The position numbers were made by a program, and so were the translations under genes. The notes below the pieces were generated by a model that saw only the letters and a program-made list of their open reading frames with translations, ran no database searches and had not been told where the DNA came from. A DNA stretch of 64,000 nt from assembly GCA_023415275.1 (NCBI GenBank), contig JAEZLJ010000164.1:3263-67262 (forward strand). Reading direction: 5' to 3'. Positions 38,798 to 50,572 of this stretch are shown here, piece by piece. The number at the start of each line of letters is the position of its first letter. The first letter of the stretch is position 1. Origin of the DNA: Bacteroidota bacterium (lineage in GTDB: Bacteria > Bacteroidota > Bacteroidia > Chitinophagales > Chitinophagaceae).

Positions 38798-40417
38798 TTA
38801 TAAGGCTGACCTTTCTTCCAACAGCTTTTCCCTGGTCTTAAATTCTTCCATATCTACCAGGGCCAGGTATTTCCTAATCAGTTCTTCATCAAATTCATAA
38901 TGATGGTTCATGTCGTTCAACAATCTTCTTTGGCGATCCAACAGCTCAAGATAAATATGCTGGTAATTGCTCAATCCATTTTCATTTCCATTTGTCAATT
39001 TTTCTACATCCTGCTGAAAAAAGTTTAGTTCCAACTGAAACCTGTCTAAAAGATTGTTCAGGTGTTTGTTTTTACTTCCTTCATCACTATAGTTTTCCTG
39101 CAAGTGTTGAAGGGAGATCTTAGCTATCTTCTTTTGAATTACAATCTCCTGTTCCTTCTCTGTCAATTGGCTGTACCGGTCACTTAATTTTACCTTACGT
39201 ATGACCCATGGTAGTGTTAATCCTTGTACAACAAGTGTAACCAGAATAACAACAAAAGTGATAAAGAGAATGAGGTTCCTGTAGGGAAAAGGATTTGAAC
39301 CATCAATAAATAAAGGGATTGACAAGGCAGCTGCCAATGAGACTACACCCCGCATTCCGGCCCACCCAATTATGATGGGACCTTTAAAACCTGGATTGGG
39401 ATCTGCAACCGTAATGAAATGGCTCATAAACCTGGTGAATAAAGAGGCACCAAATGTGCAAAGAAACCGGCTGACAATAAGTATGGCAGAAACTGCCAAA
39501 CCATACCCGATGGCAGTACCCAAACTAATGTCGCCTAATTGGGCAATAATATTGGGTAGCTGCAACCCTATTAGCAGAAATACAATGCCATTGAGCACAA
39601 ACACAATGTTTGTCCAAACGTTGACACCTTCCAGGCGGCTGCGATACGTCAGCATGCTTTGACGTTTGTTAGATAACAGAAGACCCCCGCTAACCACGGA
39701 AAGCACCCCTGAAAAATGAAAGTGCTCAGCTGCGTAGTACATGCAATAAGGTGCCACAAAAGTCAGGACTATTTCAATGCTTGGTGTTGTTGGCAGTAAA
39801 CGGTTAATGCCGTAAAATATTAAACCAACCAATAAACCGATAGCAATACCCAAGAGTACCACCAATAAAAAATTAGACGCTGCCTGTCCCAAATGAAACT
39901 GGCCTGTTACAATGGCTGCTAAAGCAAAACGAAATACGATCAAAGAAGATGCATCGTTCAATAAACTCTCTCCTTCCACAATACTCAAATACGATCTTGG
40001 AACTTTTACATTCCTCATAATTGTTGTGGCCGAAATAGCATCCGGAGGAGAAACAATGCCGCCCAAAAGAAACCCCAGGGCTATTGTGAAATTAGGAATA
40101 ATAGCCACGGAAGTGAATGCTACCACACAGGAAGTAATGATGACAATGGGAAAGGCAAAACTGGTAATTACTCTTCTCCACTTCCAAAACTCTTTCCAGG
40201 ATATTTGCCAGGCAGCCTCATATAATAAAGGTGGCAAAAAGATAAAAAACACGGCTTCCGGATCAATTGTAATGTCAGCAAAAGCCGACGTGAAACTAAG
40301 TAGCAAACCGCCTAACACAAGTACAATAGGATAGGCTATCCTGACCTTGTTAGCTAACATGACCAGTGCCACAATGACAAGGATCAAGAAAATATATTGA
40401 ATAAAAATGATTTGCAT
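38798..40417 (-). CDS. Na+/H+ antiporter (CPA1/NhaP type), paralog of 14974-16557
   Basis: It shares the motif set of the first copy (SPPDAISATT, VEGESLLNDAS) and the same overall architecture. Confidence 0.9.
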   Translation of the reverse strand: MQIIFIQYIFLILVIVALVMLANKVRIAYPIVLVLGGLLLSFTSAFADITIDPEAVFFIFLPPLLYEAAWQISWKEFWKWRRVITSFAFPIVIITSCVVAFTSVAIIPNFTIALGFLLGGIVSPPDAISATTIMRNVKVPRSYLSIVEGESLLNDASSLIVFRFALAAIVTGQFHLGQAASNFLLVVLLGIAIGLLVGLIFYGINRLLPTTPSIEIVLTFVAPYCMYYAAEHFHFSGVLSVVSGGLLLSNKRQSMLTYRSRLEGVNVWTNIVFVLNGIVFLLIGLQLPNIIAQLGDISLGTAIGYGLAVSAILIVSRFLCTFGASLFTRFMSHFITVADPNPGFKGPIIIGWAGMRGVVSLAAALSIPLFIDGSNPFPYRNLILFITFVVILVTLVVQGLTLPWVIRKVKLSDRYSQLTEKEQEIVIQKKIAKISLQHLQENYSDEGSKNKHLNNLLDRFQLELNFFQQDVEKLTNGNENGLSNYQHIYLELLDRQRRLLNDMNHHYEFDEELIRKYLALVDMEEFKTREKLLEERSAL

Positions 40418-40816
40418 ATGATTAGTTGGTATATAAAAATAACGAAAGCTGATAAGGGGCTAATTGCAAAGTTTTTGAAATCAATGCCTGAGTATTTTTT
40501 GTAACATTAACCAGGTTTATTTTCTTTATTGATCATAATCAAATAAGCCAGACAGTTACTACATCCGCCATTGACTTGAAAGTTAATTACAATACTTCCC
40601 AATAAATGATACTTACTATGTCAACTTATAGCATCTGAAATTTGAATGATGGTTTATAATTATATCTATTAATTAACTGCAATTGCTGCAAGGTTTTGCA
40701 ATGAATTTTCCAGATTAGCAAACTCTGCACTTTGAATATTTTTTGCAAAAGTTTTTAATCTGACCAGTCAATAAAGCTTATGTTTACAACTTGCCCTAAA
40801 GGCATATCCAATCTGC

Positions 40817-41122
40817 ATGCCCAAGCTTTTATTTCAAATTTTTATTGCTGGTAAATCCAACCGAAACAATCAATTGGTTCGGAATTACAAGGAAGCTTGT
40901 CAGGCACGTCTTGCTACTAACTCATATGAACTTACTGTAATTGATCTTGCCAGCAATCATCCACTTGCCGAACACTATAAAATCCTGGCAACACCCACCA
41001 TCTTACGCAGCCGCCCGGCGCCCGAAAGAAGAGTGATTGGCAACCTTACACCAGAAGGAGCGCAGCAAGCGCTTAATTTTTTAATAGAAGATCTAAACCA
41101 TACAAAATATGAAAAAAGCTAA
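40817..41122 (+). CDS. kaiB: Circadian clock protein KaiB homolog
   Basis: It aligns by eye along its full length to cyanobacterial KaiB, through LFQIFIAGKS, VIDLASNHPLAEHYKILATPT and RRVIGNL. It overlaps the kaiC start by 14 nt. Confidence 0.9.
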   Translation: MPKLLFQIFIAGKSNRNNQLVRNYKEACQARLATNSYELTVIDLASNHPLAEHYKILATPTILRSRPAPERRVIGNLTPEGAQQALNFLIEDLNHTKYEKS

Positions 41123-42632
41123 TGGCATCGAAAAGCTGCAACGAGTAAGAACTCCGCAGTTGCCCAAGGTTAAAACGGGGATAGAAGGATTCGATGACAT
41201 AAGCTTCGGAGGCTTGCCCAGGGGACGCTCCACACTTATTTCAGGCAGCTCGGGCAGCGGCAAAACTATATTTGCCACGCAATTCCTGTTTGAAGGTATT
41301 ACCCAGTTTGGTGAACATGGCGTTTTTGTCACATTTGAAGAAAATACAGCGGATCTAAAGCGCAACGTTCAATCCTTTGGTTGGACTCTTGATAAATTAG
41401 AAGAGAATAACCAGTGGCGTTTTATTGATGCGTCCATTGCTTCGGAAAATGAGACCAGGGTGGTTGGTGAATATGATCTTGATGGCCTCATGATCCGCAT
41501 TTTAGATGCCGTGAAGGAAATTAAAGCCAAACGGATCGTGCTTGACTCTATAGGCTCCTTATTTCACTACTTTGAGGACCCTTCCTCTATACGCCGCGAA
41601 TTGTACAAAATTCTTAACACGCTCAAAAAGAAAAACCTCATTATTCTGATTACGAGTGAGCGCCTGGAGGAATATGGATCTGTATCACGTTTTGGCGTAG
41701 AAGAATATATAGCCGACAATGTGCTTCTGCTTCGTAACGTGTTAGAAAACGAGAAGCGTCGGCGTACCATCGAGATTCTTAAATACCGGGGTTCTCTGCA
41801 TAGTGCCGGTGAGCAATCTTTTGTTATTAATCCCACTACAGGTATTCATATTATCCCGCTTACCCGCCTGCAATTAACGCAGAGCTCTTCTGAAACGAGA
41901 GTTTCGTCGGGCAATCAACCACTTGATGAAATGTGCGGCGGTGGATTTTTTAAGGACTCCATTATCCTGGTATCGGGTGCCACCGGAACTGGCAAAACCC
42001 TGATGGTAACTGAATTCATTAAGGGAGGCTTTGAGAACAAGGAAAAGGTGCTTTTCATGGCTTATGAAGAAAGTCGTGAACAATTGATTCGCAACGCATC
42101 AGGTTGGGGAGTGGATTTCCCAAGGATGGAGAAATCCGGGAAATTGAGGATTGAGGCTGTTTATCCCGAAACAGCATGCCTTGAAGAACATTTGCTTCAT
42201 ATACAAAAGCTTATAAAAGAATACAAACCAACCCGCTTTGCCCTGGACAGCCTCTCTGCTATTGAAAGGGGAAGCTCAAAGAAAAACTTCAGGGAGTTTT
42301 TAATAGCCCTTACTTCCTTTTTAAAAAAGAATGAAATAATGGCTGTTTTTACATCTACCAGTACCAATATTGTGGGTGGCACTTCTGTTACCGATAGCCA
42401 TATATCAACCATTACTGATACTATTATTCTTCTCCGCTACGCCGAGGTATTCGGAAATGTTCACCGCGTGGTTACAGTCCTGAAAATGCGTGGGTCAAAA
42501 CATACCAAGGGGATCTTTGAATTTGATATTGATCACGAGGGTATGAAGATCAGCCAAACAGAATTTGACAGGATGAGTGGGATCTTAGGGGGCATGCCCC
42601 TGCTAACTGGGAAAGATCATTCTCAGGACTAA
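41109..42632 (+). CDS. kaiC: Circadian clock protein KaiC homolog (double RecA/P-loop ATPase)
   Basis: It has IEGFDDISFGGLPRGRSTLISGSSGSGKT (CI Walker A), VTFEE (CI catalytic Glu pair), LDEMCGGGFFKDSIILVSGATGTGKT (CII Walker A), AYEES, and DSHISTITDTIILL (phospho-site segment). Confidence 0.95.
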   Translation: MKKANGIEKLQRVRTPQLPKVKTGIEGFDDISFGGLPRGRSTLISGSSGSGKTIFATQFLFEGITQFGEHGVFVTFEENTADLKRNVQSFGWTLDKLEENNQWRFIDASIASENETRVVGEYDLDGLMIRILDAVKEIKAKRIVLDSIGSLFHYFEDPSSIRRELYKILNTLKKKNLIILITSERLEEYGSVSRFGVEEYIADNVLLLRNVLENEKRRRTIEILKYRGSLHSAGEQSFVINPTTGIHIIPLTRLQLTQSSSETRVSSGNQPLDEMCGGGFFKDSIILVSGATGTGKTLMVTEFIKGGFENKEKVLFMAYEESREQLIRNASGWGVDFPRMEKSGKLRIEAVYPETACLEEHLLHIQKLIKEYKPTRFALDSLSAIERGSSKKNFREFLIALTSFLKKNEIMAVFTSTSTNIVGGTSVTDSHISTITDTIILLRYAEVFGNVHRVVTVLKMRGSKHTKGIFEFDIDHEGMKISQTEFDRMSGILGGMPLLTGKDHSQD

Positions 42633-42655
42633 TTATAATATTCACCAAATGGGTA

Positions 42656-43705
42656 GTGAGCATGAAAATTGAAATAGAGAACAGTGCAAGATTGATGCAG
42701 GCGACGGATACCATACTGGAAAATCTATTAGATGCCGTACTCGTTGTAAACAACGATGGCAATATCATTTATGCCAACCGGTCGGCCCAGGACCTGTTTT
42801 CCCGATCGGCCCATGAATTAACTGGCCAGCCTTTTGGATTTCCAATCATTCCGCATGAAGTGCAGGAAATAGAGGTTTTAAAACATGGGTTGATACTCAC
42901 TGTGCAAATGTTAGCCTCTCATATATCCTGGGACGGGCAAACTGCCTCCCTGCTTTCGCTGAGGGACATTACCGCACAAAAGCAGGTGCAGGAAGAGTTG
43001 ATACGCCAACAAAAGCTGTTGGAAAAAACCAATGAGGAAAACGCACAATATGCTTCACTGGCTTCGCATGATCTGAAAGAACCGATCCGCAAGATTTTAT
43101 TCTTTTCAGATCAGCTACTTCATAGTAATTCTTTGCCGGAAAATGACCGTGTCCAGGTTAAAAAAATACAATCATCAGCCAAACGCATGCAATCTTTAAT
43201 TAAGGGGATCGCTGAATTATCTAATATTACTTATATACGACATACGTTTGTACCGGTAAAATTAAAAGAAGTAATAGAGGATGTAGTGGAAGACCTGGAA
43301 TTGCAAATTCAGGATAAGTGTGCCAGTGTGGAAATTGCCGAATTGCCTACGATTGATGCCATCCCTGGTGAAATGTATCAATTGTTCCTCAACCTGATCG
43401 CCAATTCTTTAAAGTATAGTAAGGAGCACGTAGCACCGCATATTCTCATACAGCAAAAGGAAGCAGATGAAGGTTTTGTTTGCATTGAATGCACGGACAA
43501 CGGGATAGGCTTTGACGATAGCGCCGCAAAAAAATTGTTTCAACCTTTCCAACGGCTACATACCGCTAAATATGACGGTATGGGCATCGGGCTTACGCTT
43601 TGCCAAAAGATCGTGGATGTGCATCATGGAAAAATAACTGCCCAGGGTATGTTGAATAATGGCGCCACCTTCCGTATACTGTTGCCCGAAAAGCAAATGA
43701 ATTGA
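42656..43705 (+). CDS. Soluble PAS sensor histidine kinase linked to kaiBC
   Basis: One PAS domain and a coiled coil are followed by the H-box LASHDLKEPIRKI and a HATPase_c domain (NLIANSLKYS, DNGIGFD, GMGIGLTLCQKIV). It starts 23 nt after the kaiC stop (GTG at 42656 or ATG at 42662). Confidence 0.9.
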   Translation: MSMKIEIENSARLMQATDTILENLLDAVLVVNNDGNIIYANRSAQDLFSRSAHELTGQPFGFPIIPHEVQEIEVLKHGLILTVQMLASHISWDGQTASLLSLRDITAQKQVQEELIRQQKLLEKTNEENAQYASLASHDLKEPIRKILFFSDQLLHSNSLPENDRVQVKKIQSSAKRMQSLIKGIAELSNITYIRHTFVPVKLKEVIEDVVEDLELQIQDKCASVEIAELPTIDAIPGEMYQLFLNLIANSLKYSKEHVAPHILIQQKEADEGFVCIECTDNGIGFDDSAAKKLFQPFQRLHTAKYDGMGIGLTLCQKIVDVHHGKITAQGMLNNGATFRILLPEKQMN

Positions 43706-43816
43706 TTAGCCAGGTAAATAGTTTAGGTTTAAAGAATTTGGTCCCTTATTGGAGAAACTAGTTCATAAAAAGTTCGAAATTTTCGAAGTCTATGTTACTT
43801 CTGACAAAAGCTATGT

Positions 43817-44416
43817 TTATTTAATTAGCTTGATGCGTTTTAACCATTCCTTTACTGCCGCTTCTGCCTCCTTCCTCTTTTCATCTTTGATGTTGAGATA
43901 GATGCCATCTCTTTCAATTCCGCCTTTAATTGAGAAACCTTCCAAAACTTTACTATTCGGGCAAAGTTCTTCCACTGATTGGAAACCACTTCCGACACCA
44001 TAGCCTGCGTTCGTATTGAATGGAATAACTGTTTTGCCACGTAAGTTATACTGATTTAAAAAACTCTTCATCGGTGGCGGCATCTTCATATCCCAGGTTG
44101 GAAAGCCAATGAAAACAACATCATACTTCTCAATGCTGTCAATCTTTGTTTTTAGTAGCGGCAGGTATCCTGTTTCATTCTCATGCACGACTTGTTGTAC
44201 CGTTTGCTTATAATTCTCTGGATACGGCTTTTCCAATTCCAGCGCTACCAACGTTCCGCCTACTTTCCCTTGAATGATTTCAGCGATTGCTTTTGTATTA
44301 TTGGTGCGGGACAAATACACAATCAGTATTTTTATCGATGCCACTGATTGTGCATTTGAACATCCAGATGATATACAGAAGACAATAATAAATAATAGAA
44401 ATAGTACGGCTCTCAT
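43817..44416 (-). CDS. Flavodoxin-like lipoprotein
   Basis: It has the lipobox CISSGC followed by ILIVYLSRTNNTKAIAE and FIGFPTW, a flavodoxin-type FMN loop. Confidence 0.7.
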   Translation of the reverse strand: MRAVLFLLFIIVFCISSGCSNAQSVASIKILIVYLSRTNNTKAIAEIIQGKVGGTLVALELEKPYPENYKQTVQQVVHENETGYLPLLKTKIDSIEKYDVVFIGFPTWDMKMPPPMKSFLNQYNLRGKTVIPFNTNAGYGVGSGFQSVEELCPNSKVLEGFSIKGGIERDGIYLNIKDEKRKEAEAAVKEWLKRIKLIK

Positions 44417-44418
44417 TT

Positions 44419-45576
<1,158 letters not shown>

Positions 45577-45645
45577 ATACTGTGTTTGATAGAATGTTTA
45601 CTTTTTGTTAGAGGTAAAGCATAGTTTGCCTATTTAGGGTAATGC

Positions 45646-46875
45646 TTATTTTACCTTGTAGGCAATGATTTGACTTGTTGAAAAGGAAGGAACGTAAAGA
45701 GTTTTTGTTTTGCTGTCGTAACCAATGTCATTGGACATAACGCCGGCCGCACGGGTGTCCAGTAAAACTTGTTTTGTTCCATCAGCCTTTACACACCATA
45801 AAATGCCTTTGTAGTTGCTAAGGATAAATTCATTTTCTCCGATCATTACGATGCCGTCAAGCCCACTTTCAAAGCCGTCCGCAATTTTTGTTACTACCTT
45901 GTTGGCATCAACTTTCTGGAAGATGGTTGACGTTAATACAAACAAATCTGTATTCACCGTTAACAGGCCGTTGGCGCCGGGCATGTTTTCCAGGTAAACA
46001 GTGGGCTTGTCGCCTTCTATTCTGTACACTTTCCCCGCTCTTGTATCGCTGACATAAATAACGCCTTTTTCATCTATCGCAAGGTCATTCAACATTACCG
46101 CGCCTTCTACAGGGATGCGTTTTACAATGGTTCCTTTCGCAACATCAATGACTGCAATCGCTGTTGTTTTTGCCGTGTAAAAGAAGCCGTTAAACAAAGC
46201 CGAGCCCTTGTTTGAGTTAAGGCCTGTTACCCAGTCTTTCTTGATGGCCTTCCCTTTCGCATCCATCCGAACAACAGAGCCGGAACCCATGCTGGATACA
46301 TACAGAGAATTTGATGTTGCATCATAAAGTACTGACTCAGGATTTCTTATTGCAATGGAATCGGATTCCCATATTTTCTCCAGGCTGTGTTGTGCGTTAT
46401 TGTTCATTTTAACAGGCCGTAGCAGTGTTGAGAACGTAAGTGAACCCATCTTCCATTTGCCCCCTTTTTTGATGTAAACCTCTGTCACCATAAAAGCATG
46501 GGTGACCTCGTTTCCGCCAACCACTGCCAGCAGGTCTATATCATTTAAAAGAATAGCCGTGTTACCAAAGATGTTTACTGACGCTCCGTAAACTTCAGCT
46601 TTCTTGTACCAAATGCCGCCACCTTTGATGGTATTCAGTTCTTGGGTTTTCCCCCAACTTCCCCCCATGTGAACAAAGACACACTTCTCTGCAAACAGGC
46701 CGCTTAACGCCTCCACGTTTTTATCGGCCATCCATGCCCATTTCGTTTTGGAAAGGTCGAGTAGTTCTTGTTCTTCTTTGATTGCGCTTGTAGATGTCGT
46801 ACTTGGCAATTTGGCCTGTGCCTGTAAACTTTGCAGACTGACAAGACAGAACAATGCGAGAATAAGTTTTTTCAT
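45646..46875 (-). CDS. Secreted protein with an N-terminal DUF4440/SnoaL-like domain and a C-terminal lactonase-like beta-propeller
   Basis: It has a signal peptide, then WAWMADKNVEALSGLFAEKCVFVHMGG (NTF2-like). The C-terminal repeats (YVSDTRAGKVYRI, ANGLL) resemble the SMP-30/gluconolactonase fold. Confidence 0.65.
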   Translation of the reverse strand: MKKLILALFCLVSLQSLQAQAKLPSTTSTSAIKEEQELLDLSKTKWAWMADKNVEALSGLFAEKCVFVHMGGSWGKTQELNTIKGGGIWYKKAEVYGASVNIFGNTAILLNDIDLLAVVGGNEVTHAFMVTEVYIKKGGKWKMGSLTFSTLLRPVKMNNNAQHSLEKIWESDSIAIRNPESVLYDATSNSLYVSSMGSGSVVRMDAKGKAIKKDWVTGLNSNKGSALFNGFFYTAKTTAIAVIDVAKGTIVKRIPVEGAVMLNDLAIDEKGVIYVSDTRAGKVYRIEGDKPTVYLENMPGANGLLTVNTDLFVLTSTIFQKVDANKVVTKIADGFESGLDGIVMIGENEFILSNYKGILWCVKADGTKQVLLDTRAAGVMSNDIGYDSKTKTLYVPSFSTSQIIAYKVK

Positions 46876-46900
46876 GATAAGCTTTCGTTTTTGTATGGTG

Positions 46901-47362
46901 TTAGTTCTTGATGCTATTATATTCCTCGGTGGTTACTCTCTTTCCCCAGATTGTTCTGCCTTTTGTAACAGGTGTTACCGCCACATAAGCAAAGCTGCTA
47001 TTTGGTGCCGCACCATGCCAATGCTCCACACCGGGTTCGCATTTAATGATGTCGCCTTTGTGCACAACCTTTCCGGGTTTGCCCTTTTCCTGATAAAAAC
47101 CGGTGCCTTCTGTGATGAGCAGGTATTGCCCTCCGAGATGAATATGCCAGTCCAATTTTGAACCGGGTGCGTACACTGCCTGCGCCAAGCCGAAGGTGAA
47201 GTTGCTATCCGGTTGATTTAATTCACTCAGCCAAATGGTGCCCGAGTAATTACTGGTGTTCTTACCGATTTCACCTTTTGGAAAAAGCGTAGAGTCCTGG
47301 GCATTTGCCTGATTAAACACTGCTGTAACTGCGAACAGCAGAACAAAAAATAGTTTTTTCAT
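46901..47362 (-). CDS. Secreted cupin domain protein, paralog of 37822-38223
   Basis: It has a signal peptide, then DWHIHLGGQYLLITEG and GDIIKCEPGVEHWHGA. Confidence 0.8.
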   Translation of the reverse strand: MKKLFFVLLFAVTAVFNQANAQDSTLFPKGEIGKNTSNYSGTIWLSELNQPDSNFTFGLAQAVYAPGSKLDWHIHLGGQYLLITEGTGFYQEKGKPGKVVHKGDIIKCEPGVEHWHGAAPNSSFAYVAVTPVTKGRTIWGKRVTTEEYNSIKN

Positions 47363-47402
47363 TTGATGTCTATTGTTGATGATTTGAAGAGAATATTAGG
47401 GT

Positions 47403-49261
<1,859 letters not shown>

Positions 49262-49414
49262 TTATTTCTCTTTAACCATGCAAAGGTCACGGCTTCTTTT
49301 TACCGGGATGGTATACAGATTCCGGATTTATCTACCAATATTGCTGATTTGGGCCTGCCGGGTAATGAAGGGGTGAAGAATGCGGTAATTTTGACTTTGT
49401 TAAACAGAAGTGAT

Positions 49415-50311
49415 ATGGAAAACATGCGACGGTTTGAGACAGTTAACGATTACAATGTATTTAACCAATATGAAACCCGACATCCGCTGATTACGGTGAT
49501 TGATATGTCAAAGGCGGCACCGCGGAAGGCCACCAATATGTATTATGGCCTTTATACCGTCTTTTTAAAAGAGGTGAAATGCGGTGATTTGCGTTATGGC
49601 CGGGCTACCTATGACTATCAGGAAGGAACATTGGTATTCATTGCACCGGGTCAGGTAGTGAGTGTGGAAAACGCCGGAGAGACGTATCAACCTAAAGGCT
49701 ATGCCTTGGCTTTTCATCCGGATTTGATACATGGCACCTCATTGGGCCGGCACATGCAGGAGTATACTTTCTTTTCTTACCAATCCAATGAAGCCTTGCA
49801 TTTGTCAGAACGGGAACGGAAAATTGTCCTGGACCTGTTTTCCAAGATTGAATACGAATTGGAACATGCCATTGATAAGCACAGCAAACGGTTGATCGTC
49901 TCTAATATTGAAATGCTGCTCAACTATTGTGTTCGCTTTTATGACCGCCAGTTCCTTACCCGTGAGAATGTAAATAAAGGCAATTTGGAAAGGTTTGAGC
50001 AGTTATTGAATGACTATTTTATTTCAGGTAAACCACAAACCATTGGTTTGCCTTCCGTAGCCTGGTGTGCCAGTGAATTAAATTTATCGGCCGGTTATTT
50101 TGGAGATCTAATCAAAAAAGAAACGGGGAAAACAGCACAAGATTATATACAAGAGAAGGTGATTGAGGTGGCTAAAGAGCGAATATTTGACCAAAGTAAA
50201 TCAGTTAGTCAAATTGCTTATGAACTTGGATTCAAGTACCCACAACATTTTACCCGTTTATTTAAACAGCGGGTTGGCCAGTCACCAAATGAATACAGGA
50301 TGCTTAATTAA
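49415..50311 (+). CDS. AraC family transcriptional regulator
   Basis: The C-terminal double HTH reads SVAWCASELNLSAGYFGDLIKKETG ... IAYELGFKYPQHFTRLFKQRVGQSPNEYR. The ORF-track start at 48845 is an artefactual extension antisense to the AKR gene. ATG 49415 (or 49424) is preferred. It is divergent from the AKR operon. Confidence 0.85.
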   Translation: MENMRRFETVNDYNVFNQYETRHPLITVIDMSKAAPRKATNMYYGLYTVFLKEVKCGDLRYGRATYDYQEGTLVFIAPGQVVSVENAGETYQPKGYALAFHPDLIHGTSLGRHMQEYTFFSYQSNEALHLSERERKIVLDLFSKIEYELEHAIDKHSKRLIVSNIEMLLNYCVRFYDRQFLTRENVNKGNLERFEQLLNDYFISGKPQTIGLPSVAWCASELNLSAGYFGDLIKKETGKTAQDYIQEKVIEVAKERIFDQSKSVSQIAYELGFKYPQHFTRLFKQRVGQSPNEYRMLN

Positions 50312-50415
50312 ACCGGTAAGATTTTGCTAAAGCTCGGATCAAATTGTAATCAATAATTACCCTAACCAGCCCCAAACTGCTTAAACTCCCAATTTGCCTA
50401 TAAAGAACAATTTTG

Positions 50416-50487
50416 TAGCCCGGACAAGAATCGAACTTGTATCTAAAGTTTAGGAAACTTCTATTCTATCCATTGAACTACCGGGCC
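50416..50487 (-). tRNA. tRNA-Arg (anticodon CCT)
   Basis: The hand-folded cloverleaf is GGCCCGG/CCGGGCT acceptor (first pair G-U), GTTC/GAAT D-stem, GAAGT/ACTTT anticodon stem with loop TTCCTAA, and ACAAG/CTTGT T-stem with loop TTCGATT. The discriminator is A, and CCA is not encoded. Confidence 0.9.
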
Positions 50488-50572
50488 AAAGAAGCGCAAA
50501 AATAATGGTTCAAACCCTTACAAATCAAAACTATCCTTGTAAAAACTTATTTTACAGGTTCAAGAACCAATT

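Noticed and set aside
43760-43790. The AT-only palindrome TTCGAAATTTTCGAA, between the convergent kinase and flavodoxin genes, could be a bidirectional terminator.
   Set aside because: The stem is short and AT-rich with almost no loop. It is not convincing as an intrinsic terminator without transcript data.
40418-43816. I searched for a kaiA gene or a SasA-like KaiB-domain kinase flanking kaiBC.
   Set aside because: No ORF of suitable size or motif content exists between the antiporter gene and the flavodoxin gene. The upstream 400 bp have no ORF in the supplied track (60-aa cut-off).
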